The notes under the pieces were generated by a model. The model did not search any database. It saw only the letters and a program-made list of their open reading frames with translations, and was not told the DNA's origin. A stretch of DNA of 64,000 nt, from the NCBI GenBank assembly GCA_951406725.2, contig OX597822.1, positions 107,632,001 to 107,696,000 of the forward strand. The letters are read 5' to 3'. Below are positions 28,926-42,968 of the stretch, piece after piece. Within the stretch, counting starts at the first letter, position 1. Every line of letters starts with the position of its first letter. The translations under genes were made by a program, and so were the position numbers. The DNA is from Octopus vulgaris (Eukaryota).

Positions 28926-29176
28926 ATAAAATAATAAATGCGCCCTTTTAAAGCCTGGGCCCGGTTTCCCGGTTTCAGTGGCGTATGTGTTCGTCCCAGC
29001 TGGACGGGACGTCAGTCCATCGCAGCGTTACCCATTTTTGCCAGCTGAGTGGACTGGAGCAACATGAAATGAAGTGTTTTGCTCAATAACACAGCGCGTT
29101 GCCCGGCTCAGGAATCGAAACCACAATCCTACGATCATGATGCTGACACCTTAACCACTAAGCCACGTGCCTGCAA
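28926..29176 (-). mobile_element. SINE family M
   Basis: Homologous to 1188-1432. TSD GTGYAATAGTATA at 28913-28925 and 29177-29189. Confidence 0.82.
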
Positions 29177-30179
29177 GTGCAATAGTATAGGAGATGGAAT
29201 AACGCATGGAATAATATCTAAGGCGACGCACTGTATCGTTGGAAAAAGATTTTCTTGTTATATTTATATCGTTTGTCAATGTCTTTAGTTCAAACTCCGC
29301 AGAGTGCTAAATGTAAAATTTTAGTGAGTAGAAACTTTCTCCTTTGAAACACAATTTCTGGAGAGTAGATAACAAGAAACTGACAAAGATGTTTGTAACG
29401 AACTGTAACGCAGTAGAAAAATAAATGGTGTTTATGAAAAATTACCTTATTTTAATTTTCTGTGCGACTTTTATGAATAAGCTGAAATATATTATCTGAC
29501 AGAAGAAAGCGCTGATACAATAAAGACAGTTTTATTTATTTCCATGTAATTCTACACTAGTGTCATGACTTGAGTAAGAAGCATATTAAATATCAAACGC
29601 AGTTTACCAATACTGATATCAGGCACGAAAATAACAGAGAGCAATACAATAAAATAGAATACTGCCATTCTGGAAATGTAGGAATATTGTACACCTGGGT
29701 GTTAAACAATTATTTTAAAGAAGATAAAGCTGTTAAAAGCAGACACTCAAACTTCGCTTGGTACAAGCAAGTTGAATAAGCAAGATGAAGAATACTTTTA
29801 TCTCCTAAAGAGCTGACATTTTCAATATTCTATATTGGATATATTTGACAATTTTGTTGTCAATTCCTTCTGACTTATTTTTTTACATCCAATACAAGTA
29901 AAATTAAAGTCTGTAAACTCATAGCGTGGATTTTTACAGGGTAATTTACACACTGACTTCTATCGTAAGGTGGAAGATACAGGTTTAAGACAAAAATATG
30001 TGACTCTTAGAATTAACTACTATGATTTATGAAGCGGCCACTATAAAATATATACTCATTCGTGCACACAGCCACGTACAGACAGCCACACATGCAGACA
30101 GATACACACACACACAAACACATACAAATACACATACAAACATAAATACAATCACATACACACGCACATACATATATGC

Positions 30180-30238
<59 letters not shown>

Positions 30239-30367
30239 ACATACTGACTATGTCTCTTCCATATGTTTGTGCACTTGTTTTTTAATCTCCCTTTTATTTG
30301 CCCTCCCTGTGTTGTCCTTTTTAGTGTCTCTGATCTTTATCCTCACACACGCACAAAGACGCATATT

Positions 30368-30423
<56 letters not shown>

Positions 30424-30424
<1 letters not shown>

Positions 30425-30805
30425 TCTTTTTACTCTTTTACTTGTTTCAGTCATTTGACTGCGGCCATGCTAGAGCACCGCCTAGCTTATTTTTTGTAAG
30501 CCCAGTACTTATTCTATCGGTCTCTTTTGCCGAATCGCTAAGCGACGGAGACGTAAACACACCAGCATCGGTTGTCAAGCAATGCTAGGGGGACAAACAC
30601 AGACACACAAACACACACATACACATATATATACATATATACGACAGGCTTCTTTCAGTTTCCGTCTACCAAATCCACTCGCAAGGCATTGGTCGGCCCG
30701 GGGCTATAGCAGAAGACACTTGCCCAAGATGCCACACAGTGGGACTGAACCCGGAACCATGTGGTTGGTTAGCAAGCTACTTACCACACAGCCACTCCTG
30801 CGCCT
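30424..30805 (-). mobile_element. SINE family B
   Basis: Reverse complement of 40756-41176 with a small deletion. Sits in (TA)n. Confidence 0.88.
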
Positions 30806-30866
30806 ATTATATATGTATATATATATATACATACATATATGGTATATCTTGAGTATACAGTTAGGT

Positions 30867-31238
30867 CAGTGTTTTTCAACCATTTTTTTCCTAAGGCCCC
30901 TTTGATTACTACTTTATGCTGCTCCCCCCTCCCCATACCCATTCGATGTTCAAAAGCTTGTTAAATAGATATTTTTTTCAATATTCCTATTTTGTCTTTT
31001 ACTCGTTCATTTGTGTGAGTTGTTAATTAAAAAAATCTCTGAGAGAACATGTTCGAGTGATCAGAAACATGTTAAACTATGTGAAACATTGGAGAAAGAA
31101 ACCTAGATGTCTCTTGCAATAAATACTTCTAAAGCAAATTGCTTTCATACACCCTTTAAATAATACTGTGGATACACAATTTACTACTTTGTTATGTCGA
31201 ACCCTCACGGACATACGGACCAGGATTAAGAAACACTG
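30867..31238. mobile_element. hAT/Charlie-like MITE
   Basis: Ends CAGTGTTTTTCAA ... TTAAGAAACACTG form imperfect TIRs. The 8-bp TSD is not convincingly preserved. Confidence 0.55.
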
Positions 31239-31806
31239 AGTGCAATAAACAGCTGCCCCATGTATATCCCCATTACCCAGTTTCCTTCTATTATAAGGCT
31301 TAGTTTACAATTATATTTAGCAGTGTTACTGATTGTGATATGCAAGGCAAATATAAGATAAGCTAGGATAAACACAAGTGTATATCATTTCTGCCCCAAC
31401 GTACGTTTCGTTGTTCTAAGTTGTTTGGGATAATAATATTGGGTGTTCGAAGAACAATTGGATGCTTCACAATTGGATGTATATTAATGTAGCATCTTAT
31501 AGAGATTAAATGTTCCCCAATCTCTCTCTCTTTCAGAATACGTTCGTATGTGTGAGCATGCATTCGCTTGAGTGTGCCTGCAAGTACTTTGTATGTTTCA
31601 ATAAATTTCTAACATAAAATATGAAAAGAGGTTAGAATTTTTTCATTGTATTATTCCAAGCACCACAGAAATTGGAACCAGGTAGAAAGTCATAAACGTA
31701 TGTCCACTTAAAATACATACACTCCACTTCCATTTATAATTTTTTCGGCATTCTTATTATATATACATACATACATATATGCATACATACATACATATAT
31801 ACATAT

Positions 31807-31866
<60 letters not shown>

Positions 31867-31888
31867 CGTACATACGTACATACATACA

Positions 31889-31935
<47 letters not shown>

Positions 31936-32617
31936 TCTATATAAAGTGTAAAGTGTTCGATGAATTTGCTAGGTATGCGCCAGTCATCTATATTACTACT
32001 TCAAGAACACAGACTTGGCTATGTTAATACAAATAATGTGAATCATTGATTAAATTAAACCAATAATTACCGATACACTTCAGTTGTCTTTTTATCAACA
32101 AGCGGAAAGAAAATAAAAATAATGAAAAAAAAAAAAAGCGAAGAAACATTTGCGCCAGTAAATAATGCGCAATGTGCAACAAATGTATGTATATTTATCT
32201 TACATAGCACATCAATAAAGTATGAGAAAATATATTTAGATTAAGACATACATAAGTGGTTATGATAAATTTACATAGTATTTTATAGAAAAAATATATA
32301 ATCGTAGCTAGGTTTTATGTAGCTTCGAATATCTGACTGCTATACAGACGACGTAAATATAACTTAGACCCATATAGCATATAATAAAGGGAAGCACACG
32401 CCCATATACATAAATACATACAAGCATACACACACATTTATGAATTAACGTAACGTATTAGTATTTATTAGTCAAAATTATTTAACATATACAACTACAG
32501 AGACATAGTAATAAACAATCATGTTGAAACAATATTGTTGGCACACATACACACTTGCGAATATACTTAGTTTTTGTTTATATTAGTATACATATTATAC
32601 ACACGTTCACACACACG

Positions 32618-32661
<44 letters not shown>

Positions 32662-32676
32662 CATATGTACATACTT

Positions 32677-32772
<96 letters not shown>

Positions 32773-33199
32773 TGATAGATATACATACATACGCACATAT
32801 GCATATATATGTTTTTTCTTTTTTGTCTCTGTGTGTGTTTCTGGGCTGCATCAAAGTTCAATAAAAGACTACAGGAAATCCGATATGATTGTCACGCCAA
32901 AATTGAATATACTAATTCGATTAAATCAGGTGCAGATTGATAGTTTTGTCTGATAACGCTGAACCAGGCGATTATTGATTATCTATGGACTGAGCAATAT
33001 TTCACTGATAAAATCTTTAATGTTACTTTTTTTTTCTCTCTCATACACAAGAATTTCTCTTTCTCTTCCCCGATATACAAACATCTACCCCACAGACGAC
33101 GACAACCCAACCAACCATACATATATACATACATACATGCATGCATACATACATGCATGCATACATACACACATACATACACGCACATTTGTATATATG

Positions 33200-33247
<48 letters not shown>

Positions 33248-33396
33248 CAGATGTATGTGTGTATATACATACATACATACATATTTTTATGTATATGTAT
33301 ATATCTGTACATGTATATGTTAATATATACACATATAGCTCTCTCTCTCTCTATCTATCTATCTCATATATATATATATATATATGTGTGTGTGTC

Positions 33397-33427
<31 letters not shown>

Positions 33428-33428
33428 C

Positions 33429-33499
<71 letters not shown>

Positions 33500-33888
33500 C
33501 TGTGCGTGTGTCTATAACGTATCTTTCGAACAAGCGATATAAATACAAATAAATACTTGAATAAATGCTAATTTTTAAAAATTATATTTATTATTCTGCA
33601 GAGAATTGGAAAGTGATTCAGTACCCAAGAATTGAGTATATGACACATATATAAAGTAAATAAATTTTTTTTCTGGGGTGTTCGAACGAAAATTATAATC
33701 GGAAGGGTTCGTGAGAAACGGGCATTTCTCAAATTTTCTGCTTGTGTAACCGTTAGAAACGAATACCCGTACACACGCACGCGCAGGAATACTGACACTT
33801 ATGTATGCTCACAGCCAAGTCAATATCGCTAACATGGTCATATTCAAATCTGTAAGGCGTAAAAAAAAGGAATTATTTCTCCAAAATT

Positions 33889-34105
33889 TTAACCCTTTAG
33901 CATTCAAAGTTCTTTGTGAAATGTATTTCTTCTTTATTTGTATTGTTTCGAATCAAACACACATTGTTTTGTAGCTTCAAGATTTCAATGATGTACTTGT
34001 ATATTTTTAGAACGAATTTGTAAATGTGACGGACTGGATCTGGTCAATATAACAGGAAACATGTAGAATGTGTGGGTCGGCTATGGCCGGATTAAATGTT
34101 AGCCC
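33889..34105. mobile_element. degenerate piggyBac-like MITE
   Basis: TTAA|CCCTTTAGCATTCAAA at the left end. The right end GGCCGGATTAAATGTTAG is only partly complementary. Confidence 0.35.
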
Positions 34106-35200
34106 TAGTAGAAAATAATTTTCATAAACTGAGGAAAAATATATCTAAAATGCAAATGGGGATCCCACTCAAAGAAAAGTGCCAATAAAGCAGTGATAGT
34201 TTAATTAAATGAAGCCACTAAGAAAACAAGAGTCAACATTTTTCAGCAAAAGTGGCTAATCTCGGGAAATCGCTTAAATAAACCGCTTCATTCCTCGTCA
34301 CCATTGTGTCGGAGGAATCAGTTTTAAGTGTTTCAGATCATCTTATTGATTTGAAAACAGCAATATGTCTGCCCTCGTCAGTCCCTAAAATATTCTAGAG
34401 CTTCCATTATCTCTCCAATCAAAATACTGCCATAATATATCCTGGATATAAAGGAATTAAAACTGAAAACTAGGAACTGGCACAGATTCTAGGCAACAAT
34501 TTTAGTCGACACCAGGATGCAATTGCTCGTCTATAAGAATTTATGACGACGCATATATTGAGAAGAGAACGAATTCTCTTACAAATTCTCATTAATTTAA
34601 TGTTTTTCACTCAAGCCATAATCGGTGTGTAACGTTCACCTTTAGGGACTCTTTGAAATGTTTTCAACTTGTCCAAATTTATGGCGAAGAAGGCAGAGTT
34701 ATATGGTTGCTAACTTTATGGTACATCAATACCAGCGGTAAAAAATTATCAATTGTTTTGTTCCATCCCGGTTCAGGGTACCGTGAACAACTGTGCTAAT
34801 GCCTTCTTTATTTGCATGCCTCAGATATCGTTATTCTGAATGCGAAGAAAACAGTGATATTAAACACCAAAATTTTGAAAGTGAAAAAGATTGATAGAGC
34901 CAGCTTCCACGGAGAAAAGATAGAGATAATGAAAGGGATGGAACTAAGGTCCGAGAGCTATTTCGGAGATTCATCATAATGTTTCTCGATGTAGTTCATT
35001 GCCATATGTACGCCGCAATGGAAGTAATCAACATTGGATATAACGAGGTTCCGACTTCAGGGTAGACTAGATCTTACATTTTAGATCATTTTGCACTTTG
35101 TGTAAGTTGGATCTATTAATATAAATATCTCTATATTTATACTTAAACATACATCATCTGAAAGTCTCCGCTCTCTTGTGTCTCTCGTTTTGCATGTATA

Positions 35201-35973
35201 CGGGGTCTGCTCAATAAGTATCCGAACTGTTGCCATAGTAACGAAGCTAAAGCACGCAGAGTGAAGCCGCTTGGCACAGATTGGTCTTGACCGCTGCTGT
35301 GCATGCGCACTAAGTTTTAAAATTCTAGCTCACTTCTCCTGTTTACAGTTGTCATGACGATACCTGCTCAGACACCCGAGCAAAGTTGCAGAAAGTGTAT
35401 GTCGCACACAAGTATACGAGTGGTTCAGACGTTTGAAAGATGGTCGAAAAATGTCGATAGTGACAAACTTTGTGGAAAACCCATAAACAGCAGAACTGAG
35501 AAAAACATCGGTGATGTGCGTGCGACTGTCAAGGGAAATCGTCGAATCTGTGAGTTATCAGAGGATGTGCAGATGGGTTAGAGTTCAGTTCAGTCTATTA
35601 TCATTGAAGATTTGGGTATGAGACGAGTGTCTGCCAAGCTTGTGTCAAAAAAATGCTTAAAGATGACCGAAAAGACTTTCAGGTTTCAGTTGCACAAGAT
35701 CTCCTCCATTGTGTTGAGAACGATGAAAACTTTTTGAAAACTTTCATAGGCATCTGAGCAGGTATCCCACAAAATTTGGTAAAATTTAATACTCTTTGCT
35801 CAACTTTCTTCGTCATATTCAATGCGACGATCACACGTTATTTTCAAGCATTTTTGTAAACAGCAGAAGTGAGTTATACCGTTAAAACTTACTGCGAATG
35901 CACAGCTGAATTCTCCGCGTTCTTTAGCGTCGATACTAAAGCATCAGTCCGGTTACTTATTGTTTAGACTACG
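35201..35973 (+). mobile_element. internally deleted mariner element with TA flanks and extended inverted ends
   Basis: TA|CGGGGTCTGCTCAATAAGTATCCGAACTG ... CAGTCCGGTTACTTATTGTTTAGACTACG|TA. Transposase HTH remnant QVYEWFRRLKDGR..SVQSIIIEDLGMRRVSAKLV. Confidence 0.85.
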
Positions 35974-35993
35974 TACATGTATACATATTTTGT

Positions 35994-36381
35994 GGAGGCG
36001 CAATGGCCCAGTGGATAGGGCAGCGGACTCGCGGTCATAGGATCGCGGTTTCGATTCCCAGTCCGGGCGTTGTTAGTGTTTATTGAGCGAAAACACCTAA
36101 AAGCTCCACGAGGCTCCGGCAGGGGATGGTGGTGATCCCTGCTGTACTCTTTCACCACAACTTTCTCTCACTCTTTCTTCCTGTTTCTGTTGTACCTGTA
36201 TTTCAAAGGGCCGGCCTTGTCACTCTCTGTGTCACGCTGAATATCCCCGAGAACTACGTTAAGGGTGCACGTGTCTGTGGAGTGCTCAGCCACTTGCACG
36301 TTAATTTCACGAGCAGGCTGTTCCGTTGATTCGGATCAACCGGAACCCTCGTCATCGTAACCGACGGAGTGCTTCCATTCC
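35994..36381 (+). mobile_element. SINE family G, tail type X, full length
   Basis: A and B boxes intact. 11-bp TSD ACATATTTTGT (35983-35993, 36382-36392). Confidence 0.9.
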
Positions 36382-37585
36382 ACATATTTTGTATTTCATA
36401 CTTAAGCTGTTATATTTCATGTATTTAATTTGTTTATTTCCATGCTTGCCTCAATGTCTGCTGAACTTGATCCCTATTAGAAACTAAGTGTTCTGCCTGT
36501 AACAGCAAAGCTGAGCCGGGGGGCAAGATCAAAGGAGCGATCAGGTACGCAGGGAAGCATGCATGAGGGAGGTTCCGAAGCTTTCTTGAGGTTTGTGATG
36601 AAATCTGAGGACGGGTGCTTTGAGTAAACTGTTATCTCCCAGCCATAATGTAGATGATCTATTTTTTATTTATATTTTGGAGTGGAATGGGATATTGCGT
36701 TTTCTATTCTTTTTATGCAAACTATCAAAATAGTCGGTCGTGTATCTAATGAATAACTTTATATAAAGTTTTCCATTCTTTAATTTACGATATCAGTATT
36801 TCAAAAATAAATTTATTACTGAAAGAACCAGATTAACGAGCTTTTAATCAGAGAAAATATATGTATTTACCATAGTATAAGACATGATTTATAATCTAGT
36901 CTCTTTCCGTTTTAGACATCATTATATTTCATGATATTATTGCACTAGAACAAGCACTAATTCCATGTTTATTGCATTCATTGATACGAAGATTTGTTCA
37001 AAAACTGTATATTGGTTATATTTGCGACAAAAATTATTCCCATTATTACTTTTACGCACATTAATGTTGGGCTTATTTTAAAATTGAATTTTTTTTTTTT
37101 ATTAACTGTGTCTGGAGAAGATACATTAAAAGCATGTATATATTCATACTGCATGGCATATTGTGCTTCCATTTAATATTTTCGTTACTCTAACACAGTC
37201 GTCTGATTTTAATTGTATCGCTTAATATTTTTTTATTACCGAACTTAATTCAACCTATTGAAATATAGAGGTATTTAAATTCTCACATTAACTATTTCAT
37301 CTAAAAATGAATATCGTAATTTTCTACAACAGCTGAAAAGAAAAAGAATGAATGTACAAGAAAAAAAAAGGGATAAAGTAATGAAAATGTAATTGCAACA
37401 CTGAGTACTAAGAATATATTTGAAGCACATATTCCTCTTGACCAGAAAATTTGCTAAAAGGATATGTGCTTGTATGTATACATCTTACTTTTTATACACG
37501 AACATACAACCGCAATATATATATAAATAATTATATATATACATACACACGCTCACACATACACACGTATATATAAACATATATA

Positions 37586-37634
<49 letters not shown>

Positions 37635-37838
37635 TAAAGTTTCAGGTCTGTGTGAATAAGTGTATGTATATGTAGAACTTATCTTCTCTAGACTTAATTC
37701 AAAAATACGTCAATTGTGATCTCATTAATGTGCATAAAACTCATAATGGTAATAATTTTGTTGTAAAATAACAAAAATACATACAGATATACATACATGT
37801 GAGTCTACATGTGTGGGTGTTTGTGCGATATATATATT

Positions 37839-38080
37839 CAGGGGTTGGACAAAATAATGGAAACACTTTAAAATTTCAAACAAATTTATTTTAATATTTA
37901 TTTTAATTACTACCGCCCTTAAATTCTATGAGTTATAGACTCGTTCAAAGTTTGAATTGTTTCCAAAGGAATTTTTGTCCGTTATTTAGCTAAAACAGTC
38001 TCCAGTTCTTGTAGTGATGATGGTGGAGGATATCGACTCCTTATTTTTATTTCTAAAATGCACCATAAATGTTGAAATTT
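37839..38080 (-). mobile_element. Tc1-like transposon 3' end (TIR + transposase C-terminus)
   Basis: TIR-like CAGGGGTTGGACAAAATAATGGAAACAC. Minus frame reads HLWCILEIKIRSRYPPPSSLQELETVLAK*RTKIPLETIQTLNESITHRI. Confidence 0.75.
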
Positions 38081-38339
38081 TAAAAAAATTAACAAAAAAA
38101 ATCGAAAATTAATCCAGAATCTTTTTCCGGTACTTGATCGATCCCAATGGTAGTCATGGAATGTAAAGCTGGGTGTGCAAGCCGTGTGTGTAATGATGTG
38201 TATTTGTGTCGTCTGCATTGGGAGCAGGGACAGTTTTCTATATGAAGGTCTTTTTTTTATTCTATTCACTGATATAGTCTCTTTACGACCATTAAGGTCT
38301 ATAGTGAAAAAATAATCCCAGCGTGAAAGAAAACGGAAA

Positions 38340-39421
38340 GTACCTGCATGCGGTACTGTTAACAGAGGTCTAATAATTATTTCTGCCTACAGGAATTGTG
38401 TGAAAGAGCAAACATATAAAAAGGGCATTACTGTGAGTAATGTAAATGAAAGAATGTTTTCGCAGGAAATAGACATGCTTACAAGTTTATACACACTGTT
38501 GTGGATGACTCAGAAATAGTCAATTACACTGGAGCCACCAGGATGTCCTCATTGCCTTCAGCTGAACTAGGCGCCCCAACCATTGCTTCAGCGCAACCTG
38601 TCTCAAGCAATGCTGTGCAATGGCACAAGAATTGTTGTCAAGAAACTAATGAGAAATTTCATAGAAGCTACAATATATTGGTCTGTGGAAAAAGTTTTTC
38701 TTCGTGGCTTACCTTTAATACCTTCCAGTATGCCCGTCTAGTTCAAACTACTTCAGTTTCCAATACATCTGTTGTCTGCGATGTCCATCCATAAGCCCCA
38801 ATGACACACTTCGAAAGTTACTGGTTTGGACACACTTCGAAAATTACTGGTTTGCAATTAGAGGAGGACTGTTTTTCACACAATCTTTTATATGTTGGGG
38901 CTCCAGAGTGTGGAACAAGAACAAGATTTTCATTTTTGCCCCCACTGATAAACATTGTTTATTAGGGGTTTTTTTTTTAGCATGGGATCAACAAACTAAT
39001 ATTGGCTGGATGAATAATAACTTTAGATTGATATTCTCATTGTTATTCTATATTCATCTAAGAAAACCTATTTGTATTTTTGTTTGTTGTAATACTTACA
39101 TTCAATAAATTACAGTACGTTTTTAGTTTTCCCCAAACTTATATTTAGTTATCTTGTATTAGACATGTTTGCTTCATTTATAGACTGAAACGAAACAGTA
39201 GAGATCAGAGGTTTATATGCATCCATGATGATATTGGCCGGAAGGAAACAGCTCTATCGTCCACATGGGAGTTGACAGCCATTTCTTATATGTTGGCCGG
39301 AAAAATACACCAGTATCATCTACATGAAAGTTAACAGCCATATCTAAGTGAATAACTTTCAATATTCATAGTACAAGTCTGGTAGCCTTTTTCTGTCCTG
39401 TCAACGACGGGTGTTTCTGCT

Positions 39422-39423
<2 letters not shown>
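38340..39423 (+). mobile_element. 3' part of an autonomous Helitron: degenerate PIF1-like helicase C-terminus plus 3' terminus
   Basis: Translation across frames: LCERA..TVVDDSEIVNY..LEPPGCPH..LLQRNL..LCNGTRIVVKKLMRNFIEATI..LPLIPSSMPV*FKLLQFPIHL..AMSIHKPQ..LEEDCFSHNLLYVG. 3' hairpin CCTGTCAACGACGGG (39397-39411) followed by CTTG|T, a degenerate CTAG|T. Confidence 0.85.
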
Positions 39424-39456
<33 letters not shown>

Positions 39457-39459
<3 letters not shown>

Positions 39460-39662
39460 TAATCCAAACATGAAAGCACAAAAGAACACCACAACGCGAG
39501 GAGGTGGAACAAATATAGTATTATTGGACGCTCAGGAAAGAAGGAAAGAAGGAAGGTTTAACGTTTCGAGCGGAGCTCTTCGTCGGAAACATATGAGAAG
39601 GAAAGATCCAGAGAAGGGAAGACAGAGGAAAAAAAAAATCGCCAACGGTACACCCGCGGTCA
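39457..39662 (-). mobile_element. hammerhead-bearing cassette, subfamily B copy 3
   Basis: Minus 39590-39556: GUUU-CCGACGA-A-GAGC(UCC)GCUC-GAA-ACGU-U-AAAC. The 3' end abuts (TA)n. Confidence 0.72.
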
Positions 39663-39854
39663 TATATATATACATTGTTTAATAACACGAAGTAGCCTGA
39701 AACAATTGTACTACTCTACCTTGGATATCCTTGTTGCTTATTTTGATTATAATCACCCCATTTGATTTATATGGATAATACCATACAAAATTATGTTGCC
39801 TTTAACTTAAATACCATATTCATCTGAATCTAAATTTCGCTGAACTTATATATA

Positions 39855-39892
<38 letters not shown>

Positions 39893-40755
39893 TTTGAAGC
39901 TGAAGAAAAGTTATAACGTCGCCGAATATTCGCTATGACAATGTTAGAACTTCTAGTTCACTTAATGTCTTCTAGGCTTATAAAACTGTGATTGAAGAAG
40001 CTATTTTATTATGATACATACTATACAAAGTTTGTTTTTGTGTCCATATCGTTAATGTTTCTTCCACTGCAAGAATGGAAATCTTATCTCTAAATTGTGT
40101 TCTCTGTTTGACAAAACACAGAAATGGTATTACATGTTAGGTGCGTATATTTTCACTGTCAGCTTTAATTTAGAATTTATTTTAGTATCTAAAGTTAGCT
40201 TATTAATTATTGTCATAAATTAATATGTTCACCAACTTTATCATTTCAATATCATTTATGTGCTCTAAGGCTACACTGGGCCAAAGCAGGCAACTTTTAA
40301 TGGTGTCTATATAGTTGAGCAATTTCAGTGTCCTCTCCGGAAATTATATCCAACGTAGGTTTTCATCATTTTTTTAATATCAGCACTCCAGGAGAATGAC
40401 AGTTATGTGGTATAAATGTCTGGGATCAAAATTAACTTATTGATTTCTAAATAAGTTGCTTTTCATACTATTAGCGGTCAGTTTCATAACTTGGGTTTAA
40501 TATAGTTTTGTGGATGAAGTTTATTGTCCATATAATTAAACGAGGGTTAGAAGATTAATTGAAAGCACGCAGATGTGTTCAGTGTGATAAACCTTTACAT
40601 CGAGTTTGAGATATTGGAGAAGATTCGTTATAGAAGTTTCACGGAAGTTTTAGATATAAAATTATGCGTAATAGTAGGATGGGACGGCTATCGGCTGAAG
40701 AGGTTCGATTAGAACTTCGAAATCAACCACGCATTTATGCTATATATATATATAT

Positions 40756-40928
40756 AGGCGCAGGAGTGGCTGTGGGATAAGTAGCTTGTCTACCAACCAC
40801 ATGGTTCCGGGTTCAGTCCCACTGCGTGGCACCTTGGGCAAGTGTCTTCTACTATAGCCTCGGGCCGACCAAAGCCTTGTGAGTGGATTTGGTAGACGGA
40901 AACTGAAAGAAGCCTGTCGTATATATGA

Positions 40929-40964
<36 letters not shown>

Positions 40965-41176
40965 TTGTGTGCCTGTGTTTGTCCCTCTAGCATTGCTTGA
41001 CAACCGATGCTGGTGTATTTATGTTCCCGTCACTTAGCGGTTCGGCAAAAGAGAACGATAGAATAAGTACTGGGCTTCCAAAAAGAATAAGTCCCCGGGG
41101 TCGAGTTGCTCGATTAAAGGCGGTGCTCCAGCATGGCCGCAGTCAAATGACTGAAACAAGTAAAAGAGTAAAAGAG
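40756..41176 (+). mobile_element. SINE family B (tRNA head, CORE-like CCTTGGGCAAGT, internal TA/TG microsatellite, AGTAAAAG tail)
   Basis: AGGCGCAGGAGTGGCTGTG..GGGTTCAGTCCC head. Homologous to 30424-30805, 27471-27812, 42969-43200 and 5645-5930. Confidence 0.88.
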
Positions 41177-41630
41177 GTATATATATACATATATGTGGGA
41201 AGAGAGAGAGAGAGAGAGGGAGAGAGAGAGAGAGAGAGAAACAGAAATTGAAAATGCACTGAGACTAGTTAGAATATTTTTTAATATTATATTTATAGCT
41301 CTAATCGGTTCCACAGTTTACACTGATTTTCAAAAATTTGAAATAGAAAGACATGGCTTATGTCGCAGATGTTTTGCTTCTGACTAGTGTTTGAGGCATG
41401 CCCTATATTTACAGGGAGTTCATGTATCAAATTAGTATATGTTTTGAATAGGGTTTGATTGGTAGAGGATAGTCACATGACTGGTCTCTCTGGTGGGAGA
41501 GTAGACAGGATTCGTTTGTATGTAGTCAATTAGCTAACGTTTAGGTTGTAGCTGTGTAGGTTCCTCATGTTAGGTGGCAGAATGAGTTTTGTGTGTGAAT
41601 AGATATTTGCGTATGTACTTTGTTAAAGGG

Positions 41631-41868
41631 AATACCTATTTCTTTATTACCCACAAGGGGCTAAACACAGAGGGGACAAACAAGGACAGACATAGGTATT
41701 AAGTCGATTACATCGACTCCAGTGCGTAACTGGTACTTAATTTATCGACCCCGAAAGGATGAAAGGCAAAGTCGACCTCGGCGGAATTTGAACTCACAAC
41801 GTAACGCAGACGAAATACCGCAAAGCATTTCGCCCGGCGTGCTAACGATTCTGCCAGCTCGCCGCCTT
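41631..41868 (-). mobile_element. SINE family N
   Basis: Full-length copy ending AAAGAAATAGGTATT on the minus strand. Confidence 0.85.
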
Positions 41869-42063
41869 ACCACGGATGAACGGATAAACAAAGAGAATAC
41901 ATTCAAACGAAGGTACAAACCCAGACTTAACAAACTTTAGTAAGTATATATACACTAGATACAAACAACCCTGTCTAGTCTCCCTCCAGACATATAAAAT
42001 TTGATTGTAACTAAACATGTTCACTCAGCCGGGTCGGTCTTCATTTTTGGGTGCAAAAGATTC

Positions 42064-42750
42064 TGCCACGGGACACAAACGCACAGACGTGGTGGGATAC
42101 GTACAGAAGGATCTACATTTAATCACGTGTTCATTCTCTACAAACACTTAACAGAAAACATTCAGAGCACTGATTGTTTAGAGCTACCCCTAGACTTGTT
42201 CAGTCAACCGTGTCAGCCTTAACTCACGGCGCTAAACATTTTCCCTTGATACTAGCTCACGAATATAGCGAAGAACCTACAAAAATTTCCGAGGCCAATT
42301 ATTTGGCTAACCTCAACCAATCAAATTCTATTCGAAACATATACTAATTTGAGCCATGCACATCCTATGAAAATAGAGCAAGCTTCAAACCTTACTCAGA
42401 AGCAAAACAGCTGCGACAGAGGAAGGAACTAGAACCGTGTTCCGTGATCTGCTACCACAACAGCTCCTTTATAGGATCCAGTTAGCTCAAGACATCATCA
42501 GGAGGAACCACGTCCGGTTTCGGCCCCTACTCCTCTACTGTTTTGACGTGACGGGGCCCCTCCTTTCGGAGGAGTCTTCAGCTCTGGTGTTGGGTGCATG
42601 TATTCTTTCTCTTCTTTCTTCTGTTCCCTGGCCTCTTCGATGCAGCGTCAGCGAGTGTCAGCCGGTGACTGACTGTCTTGTCAAATTTCTCCCATTAGAT
42701 ACCTGTCGCATAGACTCCAGCAGGCAGCCCCAGCAAGTTGTCACGTGACA
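42064..42750 (-). mobile_element. probable solo LTR (gypsy/BEL-like)
   Basis: TG..CA ends with inverted termini TGCCACG / CGTGACA. The minus strand has a TATA-like CTATAAAG near 42470 and ATTAAA about 55 nt before the end. GC is higher than in the flanks. TSD not seen. Confidence 0.55.
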
Positions 42751-42968
42751 CTGTCTCCACTTAACAACTTGCTGGGGCTGCCTGCATAAGCTACATCATT
42801 CCATTTCAAATTTTTGAAAATCAGTGTAAACTGTGAAACAAATTAAATCATTAAATATAATATCAAAAAAATATTTCAATATTCTCTGCATTTTCAACTT
42901 CTATTTTGCCTATATTTCTACTCATGTGGAAGAAAATGACTTTGTTTTCTCCCTCTGTCTCTGTGTAT

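Noticed and set aside
34330-34390. CUGACGA plus a hairpin on the minus strand
   Set aside because: The GAAA box and stem I are absent, and it is not in a TA-bounded cassette.
35994-36070. tRNA gene
   Set aside because: A and B boxes belong to a SINE head, with no closing acceptor stem and a repeat body downstream.
38803-39345. Short direct repeats as a CRISPR-like array
   Set aside because: Only two adjacent units each, no spacers, eukaryotic context, inside a Helitron.
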